Source: Candidatus Dormibacteria bacterium
GTDB lineage: Bacteria > Chloroflexota > Dormibacteria > DASZGP01
Direction: 5' to 3'
NCBI GenBank assembly: GCA_046262455.1
Contig: JBHEMS010000044.1
Location: forward strand, 1-60,458
Length of the DNA: 60,458 bases
Shown here piece by piece: positions 28,315 to 39,128 of the stretch (position 1 is the stretch's first letter; the number at the start of each line of letters is the position of its first letter). Under the pieces are notes generated by a model. It saw nothing but the letters and a program-made list of their open reading frames with translations. It searched no databases and was not told the origin of the DNA. Both the position numbers and the translations under genes were made by a program.

Positions 28315-29058
28315 CTAGACCCGCGCCACGAGCTCGGGCAGTACCTGCCCGATCGGCTCCCGGAACACGGCATCCGCGGCCGCATCGAAGGGGGTGGGCT
28401 CACCGTTGACGATCACCAGGCGGGCTCCAGCGTTGAGCGCCAGCACCGGAAGGGAGGCCGCCGGGTACACGCCCAGTGAGGTCCCGATGGCCAGGAACAC
28501 GCCACAGCGGCCCGCCTCGAGCTGGGCACGCTCGAGGTCCGACGCCACCAGGTTCTGCCCAAAGGAGATGCTCGCCGACTTCAGGATCCCGCCGCAGCTG
28601 CGGCACGGTGGGTCCTCCTCGCCGCCCCGAACCCGGTCCAGGGCGCGCTGCATGTCAGCGCGGTCTCCACAGTTCATGCAGACCACCTCGCGCATGGTCC
28701 CGTGGATCTGGATCGTCGTCGACGCCGAGTTACCGGCATCCAGGTGCAGCCCGTCGATGTTCTGGGTCACCAGGCACTGCAGGTGCCCCCGCCGCTCGAG
28801 GTCGGCAAGGGCCCTGTGCCCGGCGTTGGGCGATGCCCTCCACGCCGGGTGGTCGAGGCGCTGCTTCCAGGATTCCACGCGTACCGCCGGGTCGCCCATG
28901 TAGTGGCTGAGCGTCGAAAGCCTCTCGGCGGCGGGGTTCTTGGTCCACACGCCGTTGGGGCCGCGGAAGTCTGGTATCCCGGACTCCGTCGAGATCCCAG
29001 CGCCCGTCAGTGCCATGACGTGGTCGGCGTCGCGGACCCAGCCGGCGACGACCGGCAG
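28315..29058 (-). CDS. cobB: NAD-dependent deacylase (Sir2/CobB family); probable CTG start at 29058, first ATG at 29016
   Basis: TGAGISTESGIPDFRG, TQNIDGLH, HG, two CxxC, GTSL.VYPAA. Confidence 0.9.
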   Translation of the reverse strand: MPVVAGWVRDADHVMALTGAGISTESGIPDFRGPNGVWTKNPAAERLSTLSHYMGDPAVRVESWKQRLDHPAWRASPNAGHRALADLERRGHLQCLVTQNIDGLHLDAGNSASTTIQIHGTMREVVCMNCGDRADMQRALDRVRGGEEDPPCRSCGGILKSASISFGQNLVASDLERAQLEAGRCGVFLAIGTSLGVYPAASLPVLALNAGARLVIVNGEPTPFDAAADAVFREPIGQVLPELVARV

Positions 29059-29080
29059 GACGACCTCGGTTGCCGCGGGC

Positions 29081-30607
29081 CTACCGGGCGAGGGCGGTCG
29101 GGGTCTCGGGAACGCGGTGCGCCACGACGATGAAGCGCGGGTCCTCGTCTTTCCAGCCGTTGCAGGTCTGCAGCGTCAGCCTGTCGTCGGAGGTCGGTTG
29201 CAGCCAGCTGAAGTCCTTCCAGTTGACCGAGCGATGGATCTCCGACACCCGGTAGTGGTTGACCTTGCCCGCGCTGTATTCGATGTCGATGGTGTCGCCG
29301 ATGTTCAGGTCGTGCAGGGTCCAGAACATCCCCGTGCGGGCGTGGGCGTAGACGTACGTGTTGCCGGGCGACTGGTCCGCGATCAGGTGGTCCGCGCGGG
29401 GGTAGGTGAAGGCCTCGTACTTGACCGGGGGCGTCTTCCCGTCTCCCTTCACCAGCAGGAGGTCGATCCCCACTCGCTTGACCCTGATGCGGGGATAGCC
29501 CGGCTCGGGCTGCGCGACCGCCTGCTGGATCAGCCCGTTGACCTCGCCGGGCAGCTCGCGGATGTCAGCCGAGGAGCCGGGCGTATTGGCGAGGTTGATT
29601 GCTGTGATCACCAGCAGGGTGGCCAGTACCACCCCGATCGTCCGGCTGTCGACCAGCCAGCGCCAGCGCCGGCGGGAGCGTCCTGTCTCCGCCTGCCGGG
29701 GCCGCCCGCCGGACAGCGCCCGGGCACCAAAGACCGCTATGCCCGCCGCCACAACGATGGCGGCCGCCGGGCCCCAGGGCGCCAGCTGCGGGTTACCAGG
29801 AAGCTTCCCGCCGCCTGCCGACGCAGACAGCAGCGCGAGGACGACGACAACTATCAGCGCGAGCAGGGCCACGGCGGCGATTGTCGTCAGCGCCAGCGAA
29901 AGCCGCGGGCCGGACCGGTCTTGCGCGGCCGCCGCGGGCGCCTCGACAACGCCGGCGGGGACGGGCCTGGCTGCGACAGCCCCGGTGGGGGGCCCGACCA
30001 CCTCCCAAACAGCGTCCGGTCGCGCTGGGGGAAGCGTCGGGAACGTCGGGCTGTCGGGGGATCCGCCGCCGTCGGTCGTGGTGGGAGCGGCGGGTGCCTT
30101 GCCGGGGTCCTCGGCCGCCGCTGCGGTGGCGAGGGCGGCCGCGACGGGGCCGGCCGAGACGGGGCCGGCCGAGGCGGCCTTGCCTGGCTGGGGTGCCGAT
30201 CTCCGGGTCGACTCTGTCGGTTCGTTTTTGCTCGCAACCGCCTTCGGAGCGCGCGCTGGCCGGGCTTTCGTGGGGGGCGCCGCCGACACCGGCCTGGCGG
30301 CCGCTGCCGGCTCGGGCGTCGTAGCCGGCGCTGGCGAGCGCCTGCTCGCCTTCTGCTGCGGCTTCGCACCGGCACCAGGGCGCGCAGTGGTGCGACCCGC
30401 CGCCTTCGGGGTGGAATCCGGTACCGCCGCCTCCATGGCTGGCTTACTGACGGAAGGCTTGCCTCCTGGAGCCCCACCACCCGCCGCCGCGCGACGCCTC
30501 GCCGGCTTAACCGGCGCATCTTCGTCAGGAGCGATCCACTCCTGCGGCTGACGCTGTGGCTCCGAAGGCGTGGGGTCCTTCTCTGCCCCGCTTTTACTGC
30601 TCGCCAT
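29081..30607 (-). CDS. Sortase with long low-complexity N-terminal region and three TM segments
   Basis: C-terminal YAHAR (His), LTLQTC (Cys), RFIV (Arg); about 230 aa Ala/Pro/Lys-rich N-terminus. Confidence 0.85.
   Translation of the reverse strand: MASSKSGAEKDPTPSEPQRQPQEWIAPDEDAPVKPARRRAAAGGGAPGGKPSVSKPAMEAAVPDSTPKAAGRTTARPGAGAKPQQKASRRSPAPATTPEPAAAARPVSAAPPTKARPARAPKAVASKNEPTESTRRSAPQPGKAASAGPVSAGPVAAALATAAAAEDPGKAPAAPTTTDGGGSPDSPTFPTLPPARPDAVWEVVGPPTGAVAARPVPAGVVEAPAAAAQDRSGPRLSLALTTIAAVALLALIVVVVLALLSASAGGGKLPGNPQLAPWGPAAAIVVAAGIAVFGARALSGGRPRQAETGRSRRRWRWLVDSRTIGVVLATLLVITAINLANTPGSSADIRELPGEVNGLIQQAVAQPEPGYPRIRVKRVGIDLLLVKGDGKTPPVKYEAFTYPRADHLIADQSPGNTYVYAHARTGMFWTLHDLNIGDTIDIEYSAGKVNHYRVSEIHRSVNWKDFSWLQPTSDDRLTLQTCNGWKDEDPRFIVVAHRVPETPTALAR
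30143..30172. repeat. 15-bp tandem direct repeat x2 in the sortase linker (SAGPV-SAGPV)
   Basis: GACGGGGCCGGCCGA occurs twice head to tail. Confidence 0.8.
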
Positions 30608-30653
30608 CGAACCTCAAATGCTAGCGCGGACGCGCTAGTAGACTCCAGTTCGA

Positions 30654-32147
30654 ATGCAGGTCAGCGTCGAGCGTCGACCAGGTTCGGTGGTCGAGCTGGC
30701 CATCGAAGTGCCCTCCGAGCAGGTGGAGAAGGCCATCGACAGGGCTTTCAACCGCCTCGCACCGCGGGTGCGCGTCCCCGGTTTCCGGCCCGGCAAAGCG
30801 CCGCGGACGGTACTGGAGCGAGAGATCGGCTGGCCCGCGCTTCGCGAGCAGGCGCTGGAGATCCTGGTGCCGGAGACCGTCACCGAAGCGGTGCGCGAGA
30901 ACGACCTCGCCGTCATCGACACCCCCCAGGTCCAGGTTGAGACCTTTGAGCGCGTCGGCGCCGCCCGGATCAAGGCCGTGGTCACGGTCAAGCCGGAGGT
31001 CAAGCTCGGTGATTACAAGAGCATCAGCGCGCCCCTGGCACCTGCGGAGGTCACCGGCGAGCAAGTTGAACAGTCGATTCAGGAACTTCGCGAGAGCCTC
31101 GCCCAGCTGGTGCCGGCCGACAATCGCCCGGTGGCTGATCGGGACCACCTCTACGTGGATCTCGAGGTCCTCCGGGACGGCGCGGTCCTGGACGACGGCC
31201 AGTCCGAGAACCTCGAACTGGACATGGACCGCGGCGCCCTGCTACCAGGCCTGTTTGACGGCCTCGTAGGCACCACGCAGGGAGAGACATGTGAGGTCGA
31301 GGTCACGCTGCCCGAGGACTACCGGCGCACCGAACTGGCGGGGCAGGCGGTGACCTTCAAGGTGACCATCAAGGAGATCAAAGAGCGCCAACTTCCACCC
31401 CTCGACGACGACCTGGCTCGGGAGGCCGGCGCGGGCGACAGCCTCGCCGAGCTGCGGCAGCGCATCGAGGAGCGTCTACGTGCGGTCATCGAGCGGGACG
31501 CTGTCTTCGCGCAGCAGAAGGCTGCTGCCGACCAGCTCGTGGCGGCCTCGCAGTTCGAGGTCCCCGAAGTCATGGTCCACGAGGAGATTGACCGGGAGCT
31601 GCGCAACCTCGCCGTCAACCTCGAACAGCAGGGTGTCGACTTTCAGCGCTTCGTGCAAGCCGGCGGCCTCGACGTGGAGAAGTTCCACGAGGAGCGACAC
31701 GAGGGTGCCGAGGAGCGCGTCAAGCAGGAGCTGGTCCTCGACGCGCTTGCCGAGGCGGAGGGTATCGAGCCCACGCCTGAGCACGTACTGGCGGAGGCTC
31801 GTCGCGGTCTCGAGGGCAGCGAGGACGCGGATCGTCTGCTGGGCTCGGACCGTGTGCAGGCCTACGTCGCGGAGCGCCTGCGGCTGCAATGGGCCCTGCT
31901 GTGGCTCTCGGCGACCGCGCGGGGCGAAGAGTGGACCCCACCGACGCCCGAGGAGCTCAGCCCCGCCCAGGCATCGGCGACCGAGATGCTCAGCCCAGAC
32001 ACGGTCGAGGTCCCGGCGACCCTCGTCGACGCCCAGGGCCGGGCGCTGACCATCTCCGGTGAGCCCGCCCCGGGCTCTCCCGTCGTGGCTCCCGAGCCGG
32101 CCGCCTCGGCCTCGTCGCCGGAGCCAGAGGGAATGACCGAGCTCTAG
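30654..32147 (+). CDS. tig: Trigger factor
   Basis: [10 protein letters not shown] ribosome-binding motif, FKBP-like domain; upstream of clpP-clpX. Confidence 0.95.
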   Translation: MQVSVERRPGSVVELAIEVPSEQVEKAIDRAFNRLAPRVRVPGFRPGKAPRTVLEREIGWPALREQALEILVPETVTEAVRENDLAVIDTPQVQVETFERVGAARIKAVVTVKPEVKLGDYKSISAPLAPAEVTGEQVEQSIQELRESLAQLVPADNRPVADRDHLYVDLEVLRDGAVLDDGQSENLELDMDRGALLPGLFDGLVGTTQGETCEVEVTLPEDYRRTELAGQAVTFKVTIKEIKERQLPPLDDDLAREAGAGDSLAELRQRIEERLRAVIERDAVFAQQKAAADQLVAASQFEVPEVMVHEEIDRELRNLAVNLEQQGVDFQRFVQAGGLDVEKFHEERHEGAEERVKQELVLDALAEAEGIEPTPEHVLAEARRGLEGSEDADRLLGSDRVQAYVAERLRLQWALLWLSATARGEEWTPPTPEELSPAQASATEMLSPDTVEVPATLVDAQGRALTISGEPAPGSPVVAPEPAASASSPEPEGMTEL

Positions 32148-32202
32148 CGTCCGTTCACCAATCTCTCTAAACGCGTTCTGCAAAAGGAGGAGCCTGAGTA
32201 AG

Positions 32203-32907
32203 ATGGAATCCATGGAGCCGGTCCGGAACTACATGGTCCCGATGGTCATCGAGACCACCAACCGGGGCGAGCGCGCCTTCGACATCTACTCGCGGCTGCT
32301 CAAGGACCGCATCATCTTCATCGGGACCCCGATCGACGACCAGATCGCCAACCTGGTCATGGCCCAGCTTCTCTTCCTCGAGGGCGAGGACCCGGAGAAG
32401 GACATCAACATCTACATCAACAGCCCAGGTGGTGTGATCACCGCCGGCCTGGCGATCTACGACACGATGCAGTACATCAAGCCGCGGATCAGCACCATCT
32501 GCATGGGGCTGGCGGCATCGATGGCCGTGCCGATCCTCGCGGGCGGCACCAAGGGCATGCGATTCGCCCTGCCCAACACCAGGATCATGATCCACCAGCC
32601 CTCCGGCGGGTTCAACGGCCAGGCCACCGACATTGAGATCCAGGCCCAGGAGGTGCTGTTCCTGAAGCAGCGGATCAACGAGATCCTCCACAAGCACACC
32701 GGCCAGGACATCGAGCGGATCGCCACCGATTCCGACCGCGACCGGTGGATGAAGCCCGAGGACGCCAAGGACTACGGGATCATCGACGACATCATCCAGC
32801 GCCACGAGAAGGCCGAGGAGATCGTCGAGGCAGTGGACGGCAAGCTGGAGTCCGATCCCAAGCTCGACACCAAGACCGGCGAGAAGGCAGAGGCCGCCAA
32901 GAGCTAG
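32203..32907 (+). CDS. clpP: Clp protease proteolytic subunit
   Basis: [31 protein letters not shown]. Confidence 0.97.
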   Translation: MESMEPVRNYMVPMVIETTNRGERAFDIYSRLLKDRIIFIGTPIDDQIANLVMAQLLFLEGEDPEKDINIYINSPGGVITAGLAIYDTMQYIKPRISTICMGLAASMAVPILAGGTKGMRFALPNTRIMIHQPSGGFNGQATDIEIQAQEVLFLKQRINEILHKHTGQDIERIATDSDRDRWMKPEDAKDYGIIDDIIQRHEKAEEIVEAVDGKLESDPKLDTKTGEKAEAAKS

Positions 32908-32946
32908 CCATGCACCGAGCGCCGGCACGTTGGGCGGAATGAGCAA

Positions 32947-34221
<1,275 letters not shown>

Positions 34222-34255
34222 GCCGGCGCCACGGCGGCCGCTACGCTTTAGCGGT

Positions 34256-36952
34256 ATGGCCACGGGAACTGAGACCAGCGAGCGCGACCCGGCTTCGGCC
34301 CTCGCCGCCGAGATGCCCAAGGCCTGGAAGCCCCAGGAAGTCGAGCAGGCGATGTACGCAGCCTGGGAGGAGGCGGGGCTGTTCACCGCCGACGCCGCGG
34401 ATGATGGGCCGCGCTTCGTCATGTCGATGCCTCCGCCCAACATCACCGGCGAACTGCACCTCGGCCATGCGCAGTACACCGTCCAGGACCTCTACTGCCG
34501 CTACCACCGGATGCTGGGTGAGAACGTGTTGTGGGTGCCAGGCACCGACCATGCGGCGCTGGGCACCAACGCCCTGATCGAGAAGCAGCTGCTCGCCGAG
34601 GGAACCAGTCGCGAGGCCATCGGCCGCACCGCCTTCGACCAACGGGTCAGTGAGTGGTACGCCAACTACGGCCCGGTGATTCTCAACCAGCTTCGCCGCC
34701 TGGGGTTCACGGCCGACTGGACACGCCTTCGGTTCACCATGGACCCGGCCTACGTGCGGTCTGTTCGCACTGCGTTCGTCCGCCTCTACGAGGACGGGCT
34801 GATCTACCGCGCCCCCCGGATCGTCAACTGGTGCCCGCGGTGCGGCTCGTCGGTCAGCGACCTGGAGATCAAGTGGAGGGAGCGCGAAGACGTCCTCTAC
34901 TACATCCGCTACGACATGGCCGACGGTGAGGGCTCACTGACCGTCGCCACCGTGCGCCCCGAGACGATGCTGGCCGACACCGCGGTGGCCGTGAACCCCA
35001 ACGACGAGCGGTACAAGAAATTCATCGGTCGCTACGCGCGGCTGCCGATCGTGGGGCGCGAGCTGCGCGTCGTGGCGGACGATTACGTCGACCCCAAATT
35101 CGGCACCGGCGCCCTCAAGGTCACTCCAGGTCACGACCCCAACGACTACGAGATCGGTCGACGACACGAGCTCGAGATCCTGTCCTGCATCGACAAGGAC
35201 GGCAACATCGTCAGCGACGACTGGGTGCCGGATGAACTGCGCAGCCGGGACGCCGAGACTGTCCGCGGACGCGTTGTCGAGATGCTGCGCGACCGCGACC
35301 ACCTGGTGCGAACGGAGGCCTACGTCCACGAGGTGGCCCACTGCGAGCGGAGCGGCAACGTCATTGAGCCGCTGGTTGACGACCAGTGGTGGTGCGCCAT
35401 GGCCGACCTCGCCAGGCCCGCCATCGAGGTGGTGGAGGACGGCCGCGTTAGGTTCGAGCCGCCGCGCTACGGCGTCACCTACCTGGAGTGGATGCGGCAG
35501 CTGCGCGATTGGAACATCTCAAGGCAGATCTGGCTCGGTCACCGCGTCCCCGTGTACCACTGCGCGGCCGACAGCCCGCACGTCTTCGCCAGCGTCGAGG
35601 AGCCGTCCACCTGTCCGCACTGTGGCTCGTCCGACCTGGCCCAGGATCCCGACGTGCTCGACACCTGGTTTTCGTCGGCGCTCTGGCCATTCGCCACCCT
35701 GGGCTGGCCCGACGACACCGCGGACCTGCGTGCGTTCTACCCGACGACGATGCTCGACACCGGCCGCGAGATCATCCCGCTCTGGGTATCGCGGATGATC
35801 ATGACCGGCCTGCGTTTCACCGGCCAGCCGCCCTTCACCACCGTGTTCATCCACGCTGTGATCCAGGCGGCGGACGGGGACCGGATGAGCAAGTCCAAGG
35901 GCAACGGCGTCGACCCCCTCGTGATGGTCGAGCGCTACGGCGCGGACGCCGTCCGGGCATGGTCGGCCGAGGTGGCGGTGCCACGGCAGGATGTGCGGTT
36001 CGACGAAGACCGGATCCGGGCTTACCAGCTCTACGCCAACAAGCTCTGGAACGTGGCGCGCTACGTCCTCGGCGCGACCGAGGCCACCGCTTTGGCGCCG
36101 GTGGGCGATATCCCCCCCGATTCGCTGCTGGCGGTCGATCGCTGGATCCTGTCGCGCCTCGACGGCCTCGTGGAGCGTGTCAGCGCCGGGCTCGATGCCT
36201 ACCGACCGGGGGAGGGCATGACCAGCATCTACGACTTCACCTGGCACGACCTCGCCGACTGGTACATCGAGGTCATCAAACCCCGGCTGCAGCTGGACCC
36301 GGTCGATCCGGCCCGGGTGGCGGCGGCTTCGGTCGTGACCCACGTTCTCGACCAGGTCGTACGGCTGCTGCACCCCTTCATGCCTTTCGTCACCGAGGCC
36401 GTCTGGCAGCGTCTGCCCGGGGTCGACCGACGACCGCTGACGGCACGGGCGGATCCATCCAGCTGGCCTGTCACGGCCGGCCGGCGGGCGCCGTCCCTGG
36501 AGAATGCCGTGGAGTCCCTCTTCGATCTGGTGCGCCGGCTGCGGGATGCTCGTAAGGAGATGGGCGCTGGCGAGCGTGACCGCCTCGACGCGGTTCTTCG
36601 AGGCGGTTTTGGCGATGAGATTCCAAGCAGCGAAGTTCGCCAGGTGCTGGCCCTGCTGGCCCGGCTGGACCTCGTCGACTCGCTTGGAGGGTCGGCGGGA
36701 AGGGTGGTCATATGGGACGGGGTCGAGGTCACGATCGGGGCTCCCGCGGCCGGTGGCAGCCCCGACAGGGCCTCCCTGGACAGGGAGCTGAAGGCTGTGG
36801 CGGCTAATATCGACAGGCTGGAACAGCAGCTTGCGAACGACGCCTTCGTGGCTCGGGCCAAACCCGAGGTGGTCCAGAAGGCACGGGACCAGCTGGACGC
36901 CGCCCGCGAAAAGCGTGCGGCCCTGGAGGAGGCCATCTCGCGTGCTGAGTAA
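34256..36952 (+). CDS. valS: Valine-tRNA ligase
   Basis: PPPNITGELHLGH, ATVRPET, DW.ISRQ, DVLDTWFSS, RMSKS, C-terminal coiled coil. Confidence 0.96.
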   Translation: MATGTETSERDPASALAAEMPKAWKPQEVEQAMYAAWEEAGLFTADAADDGPRFVMSMPPPNITGELHLGHAQYTVQDLYCRYHRMLGENVLWVPGTDHAALGTNALIEKQLLAEGTSREAIGRTAFDQRVSEWYANYGPVILNQLRRLGFTADWTRLRFTMDPAYVRSVRTAFVRLYEDGLIYRAPRIVNWCPRCGSSVSDLEIKWREREDVLYYIRYDMADGEGSLTVATVRPETMLADTAVAVNPNDERYKKFIGRYARLPIVGRELRVVADDYVDPKFGTGALKVTPGHDPNDYEIGRRHELEILSCIDKDGNIVSDDWVPDELRSRDAETVRGRVVEMLRDRDHLVRTEAYVHEVAHCERSGNVIEPLVDDQWWCAMADLARPAIEVVEDGRVRFEPPRYGVTYLEWMRQLRDWNISRQIWLGHRVPVYHCAADSPHVFASVEEPSTCPHCGSSDLAQDPDVLDTWFSSALWPFATLGWPDDTADLRAFYPTTMLDTGREIIPLWVSRMIMTGLRFTGQPPFTTVFIHAVIQAADGDRMSKSKGNGVDPLVMVERYGADAVRAWSAEVAVPRQDVRFDEDRIRAYQLYANKLWNVARYVLGATEATALAPVGDIPPDSLLAVDRWILSRLDGLVERVSAGLDAYRPGEGMTSIYDFTWHDLADWYIEVIKPRLQLDPVDPARVAAASVVTHVLDQVVRLLHPFMPFVTEAVWQRLPGVDRRPLTARADPSSWPVTAGRRAPSLENAVESLFDLVRRLRDARKEMGAGERDRLDAVLRGGFGDEIPSSEVRQVLALLARLDLVDSLGGSAGRVVIWDGVEVTIGAPAAGGSPDRASLDRELKAVAANIDRLEQQLANDAFVARAKPEVVQKARDQLDAAREKRAALEEAISRAE

Positions 36953-37400
36953 ACTCGGGCCCTTCATCGCCATCGCCATCCTTCTTGGTGGCGTGATGTG
37001 GCTCTCGCTGGCGTACTGGGCGCTCAAGGACGCGCGGTCTCGCTCGGAGAGCGCGGCCTTCCACATCGTCGCCATGGTCATCAACCTGGCATTCCCGCTG
37101 GTCGGACTGGTCGTCTACATGCTCATCCGGCCCAGCATGACGCTGATCGAGGAACGGGCCCTCGAACTGGAGGCCGAGGCCCTGGCCGGGGCGCCCCAGG
37201 AAACCGAGGACAGCCGGCCATGCCCCGCGTGCGGGCGCGAGATCGAGAAAGACTTCGTGCTCTGCCCCTACTGCCACACGCGGTTTGCCAAGCGCTGTCC
37301 GTCCTGCCGCAAGTCCGTCCGGTTGGGCTGGACGCTGTGTCCGTACTGCGCAGCGAGCCTGGAGCTGGGAACGGTGACCCGCGCAGCCGGGCAGGGCTGA
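36942..37400 (+). CDS. Membrane protein with double zinc ribbon
   Basis: Two TM helices (P..G..VY...RP), then CPAC, CPYC, CPSC, CPYC. Confidence 0.85.
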   Translation: MLSKLGPFIAIAILLGGVMWLSLAYWALKDARSRSESAAFHIVAMVINLAFPLVGLVVYMLIRPSMTLIEERALELEAEALAGAPQETEDSRPCPACGREIEKDFVLCPYCHTRFAKRCPSCRKSVRLGWTLCPYCAASLELGTVTRAAGQG

Positions 37401-37437
37401 CCGCGGCCCCCGCCGCCGTGCCTAACCCCGCGGCCGC

Positions 37438-39123
37438 GTGATCCTGTCGCTGCAGGCGTTCGCGCCCGCGGCAATCCTGCTGTTGGGGGGGGTGGTCCTG
37501 CTGGTGCGGCCGAGCGCCACCATGTACGTGGTTGTCCAGGTCCTCGCCCTCCTGGGTCTCCTGCGCCTCTCGCAGCTTGCCACCTCGACGGTCCCGGTCC
37601 CGCTGTACGAACCCCTGGCCGACGTCCCCGTGATGCTTCGCCTCGACCGCCTCTCGCTCTTCTTTGCCACCGCGGGCGTTGTTGCCGCAGTGCTAATCGC
37701 CCTGCCGCGCGTGGGGGCTCGAGCGCCGCATCCACCCTACGGCTGGCTTGCCCTGGCGCAGTTCGGGGCGATATCCGCGATCATGGCCGGCAACCTGCAG
37801 GGGCTTGCCGCGGGGTGGGGGATGGCGGTGGCCGCCATCCTGATGCTCGTCGTCATGCCGCACCCCCGTGGCGGCGAACTCCGGCGCCCGTCGCGCTCCG
37901 CGACCCGGACGCTCGTGGTACAGCTGGGCGGCGCGGTTTTGCTGCTGACCGCCGCCGTCGCCGTGGAGGGGATTGCCGGCACCGCCGGCTACGACGCGGT
38001 GCCGACCGGCGTTGTCGACAACCGCGTCGCGCTCCTCCTGGTGGCCGCGCCGTTCCTGGCCCTGGCGTCGACCGCGGGGCTGATCCGCCTCTGCCGGAGC
38101 CCCAACGCGGCAGCCCTGATGTTCACCGGCGTGACCCTCCCCATGTCGACCTATGCCCTGGCACGGACCTTCGACCTGGCGGCTGGTGTCCCTTTGGGAG
38201 GCGTTGCGGCAGCAACCCTGACCCTGGCCTCGGGTTGCCTGGCGCTGCTGTGGGCGGCGTCTGCGCTGTGGGCCCCCGACCTCGGGGCAACGCTCTGCCG
38301 GGCCTTGAACGCCCTGGCCCTGGCGCTCGTCTCCGCCTTCGCGCTGGGAGGCCCCACCGGGATCGTCGCCCTGCTCGTCGGCTTTCTCTCGCTGCAGCTC
38401 GTCGCCGGCGCTTCCCTGATGGTCATTGATGCGGGCGGGGGGCGACTGCCAGGGCAGGGAGACCTTCCGCGCTGGGTCCTCGGTGTCGCCGCCGTGTCCC
38501 CGCTTGCCGCCCTCGGCGGACTGGTGCTGGGCCTGGGTTTGGACGCCCGATTGATGATTCTGCGGCGGCTCGTGGAGACGGGCGCCGCCGGTGCACTGCT
38601 GGGGCCGCCCCTGGTCCTCACCGCGATCGTGCTGCTGGCCGCGGCCTGGGCGGCGGGCCGGTTCGGAGGCGGCACGGTCGAGGGGCGCAGGGCAGCGGCA
38701 CAACTGCTGGTCCCGTCCCTCACCCTGCTGGTCGCCGCCGGCGCCGAGCCATCCTTGCGAGACCTCGCCCTCTCGCTGGGCGCAGCCTCCGCCCGGGTGC
38801 CGCTCGCGGAGCTTCGCAGTGGCGTCTCCGCGTCCCTTCCCGGGGCGCGGCTGGGCGCGGCTCTCGGGCTGGCGGTGATGGGGGTCATCGTGCTGGTCGC
38901 GGCGCGGGCGTGGTTCCACCCCACGGAGGGGCTGCGAGGGTCGCCGGACATGCTTCCCCCAAGGCTCGCCGTCGCCCCGGGGATCATCGTGTCGCGGACA
39001 CTGCGATCGGCCTGGCACGCGGCGTCGGCCATCGGGACCGGCGCCGGGCCGGGCGTGAAGCTTGTCCTGGCCGCGTTCACCTGGGCAGCCGCGGTCCTGT
39101 TCGTGGTCCTCGTCAGGCGTTAG
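37438..39123 (+). CDS. Highly diverged proton-conducting antiporter-like membrane protein (NuoL/M/N-MrpA/D-HyfB superfamily)
   Basis: LRLDRLSLFF, AGNL....W, about 14 TM helices in the antiporter-subunit order. Confidence 0.55.
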   Translation: MILSLQAFAPAAILLLGGVVLLVRPSATMYVVVQVLALLGLLRLSQLATSTVPVPLYEPLADVPVMLRLDRLSLFFATAGVVAAVLIALPRVGARAPHPPYGWLALAQFGAISAIMAGNLQGLAAGWGMAVAAILMLVVMPHPRGGELRRPSRSATRTLVVQLGGAVLLLTAAVAVEGIAGTAGYDAVPTGVVDNRVALLLVAAPFLALASTAGLIRLCRSPNAAALMFTGVTLPMSTYALARTFDLAAGVPLGGVAAATLTLASGCLALLWAASALWAPDLGATLCRALNALALALVSAFALGGPTGIVALLVGFLSLQLVAGASLMVIDAGGGRLPGQGDLPRWVLGVAAVSPLAALGGLVLGLGLDARLMILRRLVETGAAGALLGPPLVLTAIVLLAAAWAAGRFGGGTVEGRRAAAQLLVPSLTLLVAAGAEPSLRDLALSLGAASARVPLAELRSGVSASLPGARLGAALGLAVMGVIVLVAARAWFHPTEGLRGSPDMLPPRLAVAPGIIVSRTLRSAWHAASAIGTGAGPGVKLVLAAFTWAAAVLFVVLVRR

Positions 39124-39128
39124 CGACT

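Noticed and set aside
28940-30940. 666-aa plus-strand ORF and other long overlapping ORFs (e.g. 32167-33639, 35519-37084, 54658-56322, 5' part of 19980-22070)
   Set aside because: Shadow frames typical of high-GC DNA, opposite or overlapping well-supported genes and without recognisable motifs.
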